Source: Balamuthia mandrillaris
Taxonomy: Eukaryota
Direction: 5' to 3'
Assembly: GCA_031835245.2 (NCBI GenBank)
Contig: JAVKOQ020000059.1
Span: forward strand, 1 to 64,000
DNA length: 64,000 nucleotides
In this document: in pieces, positions 52,801 to 64,000 of the stretch
How the letters are laid out: each line of letters starts with the position of its first letter
Numbering within the stretch: the stretch's first letter is position 1
Translations under genes and position numbers: made by a program
The notes under the pieces: model-generated
The model's input: only the letters and a program-made list of their open reading frames with translations
What the model was told of the DNA's origin: nothing
Database searches by the model: none

Positions 52801-55348
52801 AAAACACCGAGATAAGCACCGTAATGGCCGAAAAAGAGCTAATTAAAGAAGAGCTAAGACAGGCGCAACTGTCATCCATTCCAACAACCGAACGTGAAGC
52901 CATCTTGCGAGCAACAGAGGCTGATGTTAACATGCGGCTACGCGAACTGTTCAAACAAAAGGACGACCTCTATCAACGAAAGAAAAAAGTGGAAGCTGAT
53001 ACCCAACAGGCCGCACTGCATCGAAAAGAAGGAGAGAAGGAAATATTAGACCAAGCAGATGTTGTGCTGACAACATTGAGTGGAAGGTACCACAACCCCT
53101 AAGTATTGTTGTTCTTCTCGTTCTCTTTCCGTGATTAGTGTTTATCTTCATGTTTTTCCCCCCATAATAGCGGTACCGATTGCTTTGCGAACTTATCTCA
53201 TGGATTCGAAACGGTGATCATTGATGAGGCAGCTCAGGTTTGTTTTCTTCTGTTCTGTTCTCTTTATGTATTCTTGCCTCTTTGTTTTGTTGCTAACGCT
53301 TCGGGCTGTTTGATGTAGGCGGTAGAAGTGTCTACGCTTATACCTTTAAAATATGGCTGTAGGCGCTGCATTTTGGTGGGAGATCCCACCCAGCTGCCAG
53401 CAACGGTTATTTCAAAGACTGCAGCCAATTATCTCTATGAGCAAAGCCTTTTTCAAAGATTGCAGGCAGCTGATCATCCTGTCTTAATGCTTAATGTGCA
53501 GTATCGAATGCATCCCTTGATTAGGTTTAGTCATTATTTTCTTTCTCTCCTTTTGCCAGTTCTATTTCTCTTTTCTTCTCTATGTCCTCTCTTCTCCCTC
53601 GTTTCATGTCGTCTCTGCTCTGTTATTGTATCTTTCTCCATTCTTAACTCACCTATTCCAAAGAGAATTTCCTTCAAAGCATTTTTATTACGATCGATTG
53701 ATAGACGGCCCAAACATTGACACTTCGGAGGGAGGTCAGTACTGCCAGTTATACCACGCTGACCCACGCTTTGGCCCATTTCTGTTTTTTGACGTTGAAG
53801 GCTCGGAATCTCAAAGAACGTCCTCCTTTGCAAACGTCAATGAAGTAAAGCAATGTTGGAAGCTTTTCGCCCAGCTTAGCTTTTTACATCCAGAAATAGC
53901 GGTAATTATGATTTCTCTCTCTTCTTGACTTGCTTGTTGTAACAATATCTTGTTATTTCTCCCTCCACTTCTCTTCTATGAGCAGTGCAACAGTTCTATC
54001 GGTATTATTACGCCTTACAAGCAACAACGGAACCACCTGCGGAATTTTTTCCAGAAGAAGCTCGATCCTCCCGCTTTCAGCAAGTTGGATATCAACACAA
54101 TCGTATCCTTTTTCATCATAACCGAGAAGTTGAAGTGACAGAAAAGAGCGGAGAGCAGAGAAGCAACCAACATTTTTTTCTTTAACAGATTATCCCTTTA
54201 GGATGGCTTTCAAGGTTGCGAGAAGGACATTGTCATATTTTCCTGCGTGAGGGCTCATTCTGGAACAAACATTGGCTTCTTGGCAGACGTTCGGAGAATG
54301 AATGTTGCCCTGACGCGTGCACGTTTTGCTCTATGGGTCGTTGGTCACTCACCTCTGTTATCGCAGAACTCGGATTGGGCTGCTCTTATAGAGTTTGCCA
54401 AACGAAAAAATTGCTGTACTATTCTTTTCCTTCTCCCACTCTTCTCTTTTCTTTTGTAGCTTACTTGTAGTTCTGTTCTCTTGTGTTACACTAGACATAA
54501 GCCCTTACCAAGCCCGCAGACTCTTTGCACACTCAACGTCTCACTCTTCTTCCTACTCGTCATACGGTTCCTATGGAAGCAGCGATGGCGGTAGTCTTAA
54601 AAGGAGCGGCGATTCCTCTTCGGCTCAAAAGAGAAAAACGCGCACAGTGCCACAGCTGGCAGCTCGCTCTCGCTCTGAAGAAGTTGCGCCGAGCAGTTCT
54701 TATCACAAGCAAGAACCCCCATACAAAAAGCCTAGAAGCAATTCTCCGTCATCTTCGTCCACTCGTTCCACTTCCACTTTTCGTTCTTCAATCCCTCCTT
54801 CTTCGTCATCCTCTTCTTCTTTTGGTATGGGATCACAAAGAGAACACCACGGTAGAGCTCCAACATCAACAGCAACTCAGACAAGACGGAACGTGCCTCC
54901 TCATCATACTTCATCATCTTGCGCAACTTCTTCTATGAATACAAATCAACAGCAGAAACCTGTACGTCCTCCTGAATCTGACGAAGCAAAACTAGCACGA
55001 TGGAGGCAGAAGAACGCTGGTCGCATAACGGGTCCTACCATCGTCAATAAACCCTCCGAAATCAAACTCTCCTCCTCTTCTTCGCTCACAAACAAACGAC
55101 CAGCCTTACCAAATAGACGACCTTCTCTTGCAGCATCTTCTTCTTCTTCATCTTTGCAAACAGCAGACCGCGGAAGATCGATGGCCATGGCGTTGCCTTT
55201 GCCCGCTTTAGTTTCTCCTTCTTCCAGTTCTTCTGCTTCTTCGTCGACTTTTCCTTTGGATAACATTTTGGAAGACATGAATCGAGAGCAGAATCAACAA
55301 CCGCAACAACAGCAGCGGCAGCAACGACCCCGCCGTTCCCTTCCTTAA
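46849..55348 (+). CDS. SEN1: Senataxin/Sen1 SF1 RNA/DNA helicase
   Basis: Motifs LLQGPPGTGKT, LVCAPSNAAVDE, IIDEAAQ, LVGDPTQLP, QYRMHP, DGFQG.EKD, RRMNVALTRAR; long helical N-terminus. Confidence 0.92.
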
Positions 55349-55454
55349 AACGGGGTAAAGAGGTTTGTTTGCTTCTCTGTCTTTACTTGAAACACAAAAC
55401 AATGAAGCAAACGGTAAATGTAAACAAAATAACAAAGAAAAGATATTACTGCAG

Positions 55455-55817
55455 TTAAAGCTGCTCGACAAACTTTTCAAACTCCGTCACTGGCTTCCCT
55501 CTTGCATAGAACGAACGCTCCTCTGCACTGCCCTTCACTTTCAGCCGAATGATGGAGGTACCCTTCATCCTGTATTTCTGGTGTACGCTCGTCTGGGCCG
55601 CCAGCTTCTCTGCTTTCCTCTTGAGCTCCTCCCACTGGGCCAGGGTGATCTCTTTGGAGACGTCCGGGCCGCCGTCGTACTCCCCGCTGCTGCTCTCCAT
55701 AGGGGTGAGGCCGTGGTAGTGCAGGTGAGCCGAGGTGGAGCCCTCCGCGGGGTTGTAGGTGACGGTGTAGCTGTTGCCCACGCCGTCGACGTAGACTATG
55801 GATTCGGTCATGTTCAT
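55455..55817 (-). CDS. Small hypothetical protein, intronless, prokaryote-like
   Basis: YVDGVGNSY...PMESSSGEYDGG...RMKGT; strong GC3 codon pattern. Confidence 0.65.
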   Translation of the reverse strand: MNMTESIVYVDGVGNSYTVTYNPAEGSTSAHLHYHGLTPMESSSGEYDGGPDVSKEITLAQWEELKRKAEKLAAQTSVHQKYRMKGTSIIRLKVKGSAEERSFYARGKPVTEFEKFVEQL

Positions 55818-55819
55818 TC

Positions 55820-55857
<38 letters not shown>

Positions 55858-56030
55858 CTTCTTCTTCTTCTTCTTCTTCTTCTTCTTCTTCTTCTTCTTC
55901 TTCTTCTTCTTCTTGTTCTTGTTCTTGTTCTTCTTCTTCTTCTTCTTCTTCTTCTTGTTGTTCTTGTTCTTCTTCTTCTTCTTCTTCTTCTTCTTCTTCT
56001 TCTTCTTCTTTTTTCTTCTTCTTTTTCTTG
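55818..56030. repeat. (GTT)n/(CTT)n microsatellite
   Basis: Visible directly. Confidence 0.95.
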
Positions 56031-56856
56031 AGTCTTCTTTTCGGCGAAGGGTTGCACCGGATCTGACGTCATAATATCTTTAAAAGGAAAATGTTCGGTT
56101 AAAATATCCATGTTTGGTAATTTTCGATCGTGAACTAGCCAATCACAACGCTGCTAAATTCACGAGGAAGAAACGCAAGACCCGTTCTTTAGGAGGGGAA
56201 TGGTGTCTGGTGGGCGGGGCCACGCTTCCAAGGATGGAGGATATGGCACGCAGAATGTTCCCAGGCGGCACGGGTCGTAACACCATCAGACACACTAAAC
56301 TCCAGCAGCCAATAAAACGAGACCCAACAGCTGAGTTCAAGATGATAATTGTAAATAGGATCGATCCTGTGCACGAACCCCAAAAATGGCCCCCTCCCCC
56401 TCCCTCCCCAGTTCAACTCTCGCGTATCTTTTTCCATGAGTTCACCATTAAATTTTTATCGATTTTTTGCCACCCACAGGAATCCCTCACGGCGTGCAGG
56501 TTGTCTCTCTCTCTCTCAACAACACTCAAACCACGGTTCCGCAGCAAACCGCGCGCAAACACACCAAAACCCGCTCCCCCTCCCTCTCTCTCTCTCTCTT
56601 TTGCTCTCGCTCTCTCTCTCTCTCTCTTCCCAGCCATACTATTTTTTTTTGTTTCCTATTCGTTCCGCCCCTACCTTAACAGGTTTTAAGGAGGTCTATA
56701 ACGCCATACAAAAAAAATAATTATTTTAAAGCTGTTTAATTTCTTTCTTTCTTTCTTCCTTTTTCAAGAAACCGAACGCCTCTCTCTTTCTTCCTCCCTC
56801 CTCTTTTTCCCCCCTGCAACCGATCGAACGCACACACGACACTACGCACACAAAAG

Positions 56857-57164
56857 ATGGAATTCACGGACGGTACGTGCGCTCGTTTTTTTCAAACTCC
56901 CCCCCTTTTTTTTTTTTTGATTGATTTGATCTATTTTTTTTTTTTTTTCGTTGTGTGTGACGAGGACAAGTTTGATTTTATTTGCTTTGTTTTTTCGTTT
57001 TTCTCATCCAACTTCTCATCGATGATGATGAACAAAAACGGAATAGAGCGAACACTGAAGCTGAAGGCCTTGTTGGACAAGCAAATACTGATCATGGACG
57101 GTGCCATGGGCAGTATGATCCAAACCTACAGCCTCTCCGAGGAGGACTTTCGAGGTAGTGCTTT

Positions 57165-57218
<54 letters not shown>

Positions 57219-60200
57219 GCTTTTTCACTTTCACTCCATTTGTTGCTCACTGTCACCTTCGCTTTCGCTTTCGCTTTCATCCTCTCGCATCGTACGTGCC
57301 AAAGGGGAGCGCTTCAAGGACCACGAGCACCCTCTCAAAGGCAACAATGATCTCCTCTCTCTCACTCGACCCGATATAATCGAAGAGATTACCACGGTCC
57401 TTTTCTCTCGTTCTCTCGCTCTCTCGCTCTCTGCTCCGCTCTGCCTTTCTCTCTTCTGCTTCTCTGTCTCTCGTTCTCTCCCTCTCGCTAACGCGCTTGT
57501 CACAATAGAAATACCTTGAAGCGGGCGCCAACCTCGTTTCCACCAACACCTTCAACTCCACTTCCATCTCTCAGCATGATTACCACTTGGAACCTATCGT
57601 ACGTTTCAGCCTCACTCCTTAACCTCTCTCTCTCTCTCTCTCTCTCTCTCTGGCCTGTGGACGGTAGTTTTACGGTAATGAACCTCTCCTTCAGGTGTAC
57701 GAAATGAACAAAGCCGCCGCCCAGGTGGCCCGCAAGGCCGTCGAGAAGATCCAAGAAAAGGATCCGCACACACCTCGCTTTGTGGTCGGAGTGTTGGGTC
57801 CAACGAACAGAACGGCTAGCATTTCTCCCAAAGTGGAGGATCCTGGCTTCAGGAACGTCAGTACGTACTTTGCTTTGTGTTTTCTCGTCGTATGCTTCTT
57901 GCTTCTTGCTTCTTCTCAACAAACAATGGACGAGGATGATGTTCAATCAAAACTGCGTTATCTTCCTGAACATTCACTGTAGACATCACTGTTTACTGAG
58001 TCCTTTTGCTGCTCTCTCTTATTTATCTTATATGTTGTACTTCCTAACTGCATGATTTTCTAACTGTTCACTCAACGATAGCTTTTGATGAGCTTTCTGA
58101 AGCATACAAGGAACAAGCCAGAGGTTTGATAGATGGCGGAGTGGACGTGCTCAACGTAGAAACCGTCTTTGATACCTTGAACTGCAAAGTTTGATCATCG
58201 CCCTCCTCTATCCCTCTTCTTTGTTTGTATTTCTTACCATTTTATTTGTAGGCTGCTCTCTATGGTATTTTGGAACTATTCGAAGAGCCTGATTATCCTC
58301 GCATTCCTCTCTTTGTGCGTATCTTTTCCTTGCACCATATATTCATTGTGTCTCATGACAGTTCACTTTGCGTTTTTGCCAAAATGCCAGGTCTCTGGAA
58401 CTATCATCGACAAAAACGGTCGTACCCTCTCTGGCCAAACTGTGGAAGCCTTTTGGACCAGCATTTGTCATGCCAAACCCTTGTGGTACATCGTCCTTAC
58501 GCCTCTCTTTTCTTCTTGCTTCTCTCTTTGTCTCAACAGCACCTACTTTCTAGTGTCGGATTGAACTGCGCTCTCGGTGCCGTTGAAATGAGGCCCTTCC
58601 TCCAACAAATCGCTCGCATTGCCACCTGCTACGTCCATTGCTATCCCAACGCAGGCTTACCTAACCCAATGGGCGGTTACGACGAGACCCCTGATACCAC
58701 TGCCACTTATCTGAGTGAGTTCACGATGGATGGCCTTATCAACATTGCAGGAGGATGTTGCGGCACTACACCTCCTCACATCGCTGCTGTAGCCAAGTAT
58801 CTGAAGGACAAGCCACCAAGGAAGATCCCTGTGTTTGAGCCTAGGCTCTGTCTCTCTGGTTTAGAGGTCCTGACATTTACTCCGGATCTGAACTTTGTGA
58901 ACGTGGGAGAAAGATGTAACGTCACTGGCTCTCGTGTGTTTGCTCGTCTCATCAAAGAGAATCAATACGAGGTAAAAATTCCATCCATTATTCAGTATTA
59001 TAAAGGCGATACTAAGCCCATAATCTACCACTATAGAAAGCAATTGATGTTGCTAGGGTGCAAATCGAAAACGGAGCGCAGATCTTGGACATTAACTTTG
59101 ACGAAGGCATGTTGGACGCCCATGCTGCCATGAAAAGGATGCTCTGCCTGTTGGCCTCAGAGCCGGATATTAGCAGAGTTCCCATCATGGTCGATTCCTC
59201 AAAGTTTGATGTCTGCATCACTGGTTTGAAGCACTGCCAAGGCAAGTGCATCGTGAACAGTATCTCTTTGAAGGAGGGAGAGGAAGATTTCTTGGAGAAG
59301 GCCAAAATCTGCCGACGCTTTGGTGCTGCCGTTGTTGTTATGGCCGTATGTGTTTTGTTTCTTTATATTTTTCCCTTCTTCTTGTGCTCTTCTTATGCCC
59401 TCTCTCTCGAACTATGAAACTAATTTTTTGCTTCGAATTAACATTCGAACTTATCTCATAAGTTTGATGAAGAGGGACAAGCCACATCCACTGAAAGAAA
59501 AGTTGAAATCTGTACTCGATCTTACAAGTTGTTGACAGAGAAGGCGGGCTTCCCTCCCACCGATATAATCTTTGATCCCAACATCTTGACCATCGCTACC
59601 GGCATTGGTAATTTTTTTCTCATACTTCTACCAGTTCTCCTTTGTAAGTGTTCTTACTTTTCTGTTTAGATGAACACAACAACTACGCCATCAACTTTAT
59701 TGAAGCTGTAAAACAGATCAAGGAAACGCTTCCTTACACAAAAGTACGTCCTTTCTTTATTTCTTTTAGCACAACTTATTGACTGCAGTTTGTTTGCTGT
59801 GACTACAGGTGAGTGGAGGAGTTTCCAATCTTTCCTTCTCTTTCAGAGGCTACGATAAGCTCCGAGAGGCCATGCACAGCAGTTTCTTGGTAAGTAATTC
59901 AAGTCTGTTTGCCAGAAGACAAAGCCAAAGATGATAACACAATGCGACTCTTCTTTTGTATGTTCAGTATCACGCAATCAAAGCGGGAATGGACATGGGC
60001 ATCGTTAACGCAGGAAATCTGCCAATCTACGATGATATTGATAAGGACCTGTTGAAACTCATAGAGGACGTGCTCTTCAACAAACATCCAGAAGCCACAG
60101 AAAAGCTGTTAGAGTTTGCTCAGTCTTACAACGAAAAGGGTCAAGCCAAAGCCAAAGTGGTGGATGAGTGGAGGACAAAGCCTGTTGAGGAGCGTTTGGA

Positions 60201-62248
60201 GTATTCCTTGATTAAAGGCATCGACAACTTTGTTGTTGAAGACACGGAAGAAGCGAGAAAGACCTATGCTCGTCCTTTGGAAGTTATCGAGGGACCTTTG
60301 ATGAAAGGTATGAACGTGGTCGGCGACCTCTTTGGGGCAGGCAAAATGTTCCTTCCCCAAGTTATCAAGAGTGCGCGGTTTGTTCTCCCCGCTCTCTCAC
60401 TCCCCTCCCTCCCCGTTACTTAACCAAGCTTCAAATATCATGTAGAGTTATGAAAAAAGCAGTGGCACACTTAACTCCATTTATGGAAGAGGAAAAAAGG
60501 CTTCGCCAACAAGAGGCCGGTAATGTTGATGAAGAATCTCAGAGCGCGCTTACCGTTCTCATGGCCACCGTAAAAGGAGACGTTCACGACATTGGTAAGA
60601 ACATTGTTGGTGTTGTGCTTGGGTGCAACAATTACAAGGTGATCGACATGGGTGTGATGACTCCCTGCGACAAGATCATTAAGGCCGCCCTAGAGCACAA
60701 GGTGGACGTCATTGGTCTTTCTGGATTGATTACTCCTTCTTTGGACGAAATGGTGCACTGTGCCAAAGAGTTCGAGAAACATAAGCTTCAGGTTTCTTGC
60801 TTCTATCCATCTCTCCCTACCATTGTTTATCGTTTTAACATCTTACTTCTTTCACAAAAGATTCCATTGTTGATTGGAGGAGCTACTACTTCTCGCATGC
60901 ACACTGCAGTCAAGATCGCTCCACACTACACTCAACCGGTAGTTCATGTGCAAGACGCCTCTCGCAGCGTGGTAGTCGTCTCCAGTCTGTTGGATGAGAA
61001 CTTGCGCGATGACTACATGGCCGATGTCACGGAGCTCTACGACGAGCTCCGCGAGGAGCATTATTCCTCACAGAAGGACAAGCAGTATGTTTCTTTGTCC
61101 GAGGCGAGAGCGAAGAAGCCACTCTTCAACTGGGCACAACACGTTGCCCCCACAAAGCCCACTTTCTTTGGCACAAAGGTCATCAAGGACTATCCTTTGG
61201 AGAAGTTGGTGCCGCTGATCGATTGGAACCCGTTCTTTGCGGCATGGCAGATTCGTGGAAAATATCCCACTAGAAACTACCCCAGAGTCTTTGAGGATGC
61301 CACTGTTGGTACGTTTCTTGCTTTGTTCTTTCTCTGCTTTATCCTCCTTTTCTCCATCCCCTCGCTTCAGAACTTAACAAAAAACTTTTCAACAGGAGAA
61401 CAAGCGAAGAAACTCTTTGATGAAGCCCAAACAATGCTCAAAAAAATCGTCGATGACAAGCTCCTTCGGGCGGAGGCCGTGCTGGGTCTCTATCCCGCCA
61501 ACAGCGTAGGCGACGACATCGAGCTCTACGCCAACGATGACTCTCGCTCCTCTTCCACAAAGATCGCCACTCTCTGCGGCCTCAGGCAACAAGCCAAGAA
61601 AGCCACAGATGAACCCTACTGTTGCATGTCGGACTACGTGGCCCCTCTCTCCAGCGGTCTCAACGACTATGTCGGCATGTTCGCGGTAACAACGGGCCAT
61701 GGCCTCGACGCCCTCGTGGCCAAGTACGAGGCGGAACACGATGACTACAGCTCCATTATGGCCAAGGCGCTTGCGGATCGTTTGGCAGAGGCATTTGCGG
61801 AGAAGCTGCACGAGGAGGTACGAAAGGAGTATTGGGGATACGGCCGCGAGGAGAACCTCTCCACGGAGGATATGATCAAGGTCAAGTACCAGGGCATTAG
61901 GCCTGCTCCTGGTTATCCCATGCAACCCGATCATACCGAGAAGCAAACTATGTGGTCTCTCTTGAAGGTTGGCCATCAGTTCAACCATGCATCTCATTCT
62001 TCTTTTTGTTTGTTTTTCTTACTCTCGCAAAATAGGCAAACGAGGAAGCAGGTATCGAACTGACCGAGTCATTGGCAATGGTGCCAACAGCTAGCGTGAG
62101 CGCCATCATTCTGGCCAACGAGGAGGCCAAGTACTTTGCTGTCGGAAAGATCGGTAAAGACCAAATAGAGGATTACGCCGCCAGAAAGGGACGCCCCGTT
62201 GAGGAAATGGAGAGGTGGCTTTCCAGTATTTTGAGCTACGATGCTTAA
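56857..62248 (+). CDS. MTR: Cobalamin-dependent methionine synthase
   Basis: Motifs [56 protein letters not shown]. Confidence 0.97.
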
Positions 62249-62330
62249 AACTCAAAAATATTATTTAATCAGGTTCGCTCTATATTCCTTTTTGGCTCCT
62301 ATTTTGTTTGTGTTTTGTTTCGTTTGCAAG

Positions 62331-62714
62331 CTATTCTTGAAGAAAGGCGATGATAGCTTCGTTGATTTCTTTGGCGCGTAAGCTGATGGCATAGTGGTTG
62401 CCACCTTCTATCGTGACGAGATCGGCATTTGGCATGGCTCTCCTAAACACCGCACTGTTTGCATACGGCACTGTATAGTCTTTATCTCCTTTTTTTTGGG
62501 TTGGTTTTGTGATATAGTGGAATGGGCAGAGGACACAGAAAACGAACCCCAAAGCAGCAACACTTTCCTGGGGTGGGTGCCAACATTTTTCAGCATCTCT
62601 CCGAAGCCATCGAACGCAAAGTCTTTGACGGTACAAAACAAGGCAGAGAGATAGTCCTTTGATGTCTGCACTTGTTCCATCATACCTGCTTCTACCTATT
62701 TGTTGTTTTTTAGG

Positions 62715-62806
<92 letters not shown>

Positions 62807-63811
62807 TTATTGTCTTTCCTTTCTCCTTTTTGTTTCGATGAAGAGGCAACAAACCTTCATCCTGAATTGTTGCAGTTGGTCCCTATCAACAACATCCTCC
62901 AACACTGCAAACTCGGCGGCGGCGTTGCTGCGAAGCAGAGGCAGAGCGCCGCCGAGGCTCCACGCCACGTCCGCCAGCAACGGCACTTTCAGGAGCCAAC
63001 CCAACAGCCCCAGGTTGACGGGAGGATCACCTCCGCCAACCGGGGCTATCAGGATAAGCTTTTCCACCCTGTCTCCATACACTTAAAAGAAGTTGTGATA
63101 AAAAAAAACAATTGCAAGAGGATGAAGAATGGAAGAACCGACCATGAGCAAAGGCAGTGGCGATGGCTCCGCCCATGGAGAGTCCCACGAGATGAAACCT
63201 GCCCTCCTTGGGGTTAAGGCGCAGCTTGAACAGCAGGTTGGCGAGCTGCGACACGAACAACTGTTCGTTGTAAAGAGCATTCGGCGCTGAGCTGAGCCCT
63301 CTTCCATACAAATGTGAGACGAATGAATGAAGGGAACATTTTTTTGTTTAAAAAAGAGCTAGGAGGTAAAGAAAAACAAAGGAAGACAGAAAGGATATCA
63401 AAAGAAAGTGTTCTGTATCCTTGGTGGTTGAGAGCAGTGGTCAAGTTGTTGAATATTTTGGAGCTCGATAGCAATCCATGAACCAACACTACCTTCGTTT
63501 TGTTGAACGAACGAAAAAGAAGGAGACAACTGGATCAGTTCTAAACAAGCCCATGCCCCACCTTAACAAACAAATAGATCAAAGTAAGAGAGGAACGGCA
63601 CCAATGGGCCTTCTGCCGGTCCTGTGAGGAGGTAATGCGTTATGCCAGCAGGCAACAAGGCGAACGATCCGTTTGCTGCTTGCGGAGGAGACAGCGGTAC
63701 GCCGGAGGGGTGTCCCTTTGGCCGGTGCCAAGTCGCAGAGGGAACATAGAGGAGAGAAAGAGCCAGAAGAACGGCAACCACCACCGGCACCGTTACGCCT
63801 CTGCTCCGCAT
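62331..63811 (-). CDS. Alpha/beta hydrolase with N-terminal signal/anchor
   Basis: Motifs LVHG, FDLYGRGLS, GLSMGG nucleophile elbow, WGDKD, GGNH. Confidence 0.88.
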
Positions 63812-64000
63812 TTCACTCCTGGAATGCAAAGAATTTTTGGGATTGTATTTTTCGAGGGGTCAAAAGACTAGACTTAAAACAAAAAGAAGTGAGGTGGTAA
63901 AACGAGGAGTCATTTGTAGTGACTCGGTAAAATAATGTAATAATTCTTTCTGAGGAGTCACATGTTTTTAACCAATTTTGAGGAGTCATCTACTGTGACT

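Noticed and set aside
56130..56320. CCAAT and GC boxes between the small gene and MTR
   Set aside because: Plausible promoter elements, but short motifs that cannot be supported without TSS data.

Overview
Eukaryotic genomic DNA with many short introns full of CT/GA microsatellites. Gene content and style suggest a free-living amoebozoan (Acanthamoeba/Balamuthia-like); this is inference only. There are two compartments. (1) 1-19 kb is a nested repeat cluster. It holds a decayed 3' fragment of 28S rDNA interrupted by a His-Cys-box endonuclease fragment, an AT-rich minisatellite and a retrotransposon piece. It also holds two families of chromodomain-bearing Ty3/Gypsy LTR retrotransposons (4-bp TSDs), solo LTRs and a degenerate, probably Sola-type DNA transposase. 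The rDNA and family-B copies show strong CpG->TpG/CpA decay. (2) 19-64 kb is gene dense: a peroxisomal 4CL-like acyl-CoA ligase, a deiodinase-like selenoprotein (in-frame UGA plus SECIS), a METTL21-like methyltransferase, a YbjQ protein, a PAS protein, DNA ligase IV, an unusual peptidase-S74 (self-cleaving chaperone) protein, NDUFA12, ankyrin genes, senataxin/Sen1, cobalamin-dependent methionine synthase and an alpha/beta hydrolase. Most notable: the MYRF-like but membrane-anchor-free S74 protein, the selenoprotein the ORF track splits in two, four U12-type (minor spliceosome) introns in three genes, and the homing-endonuclease fragment inserted next to the L2449 site of rDNA. All calls and exon boundaries were made by eye, without database searches.
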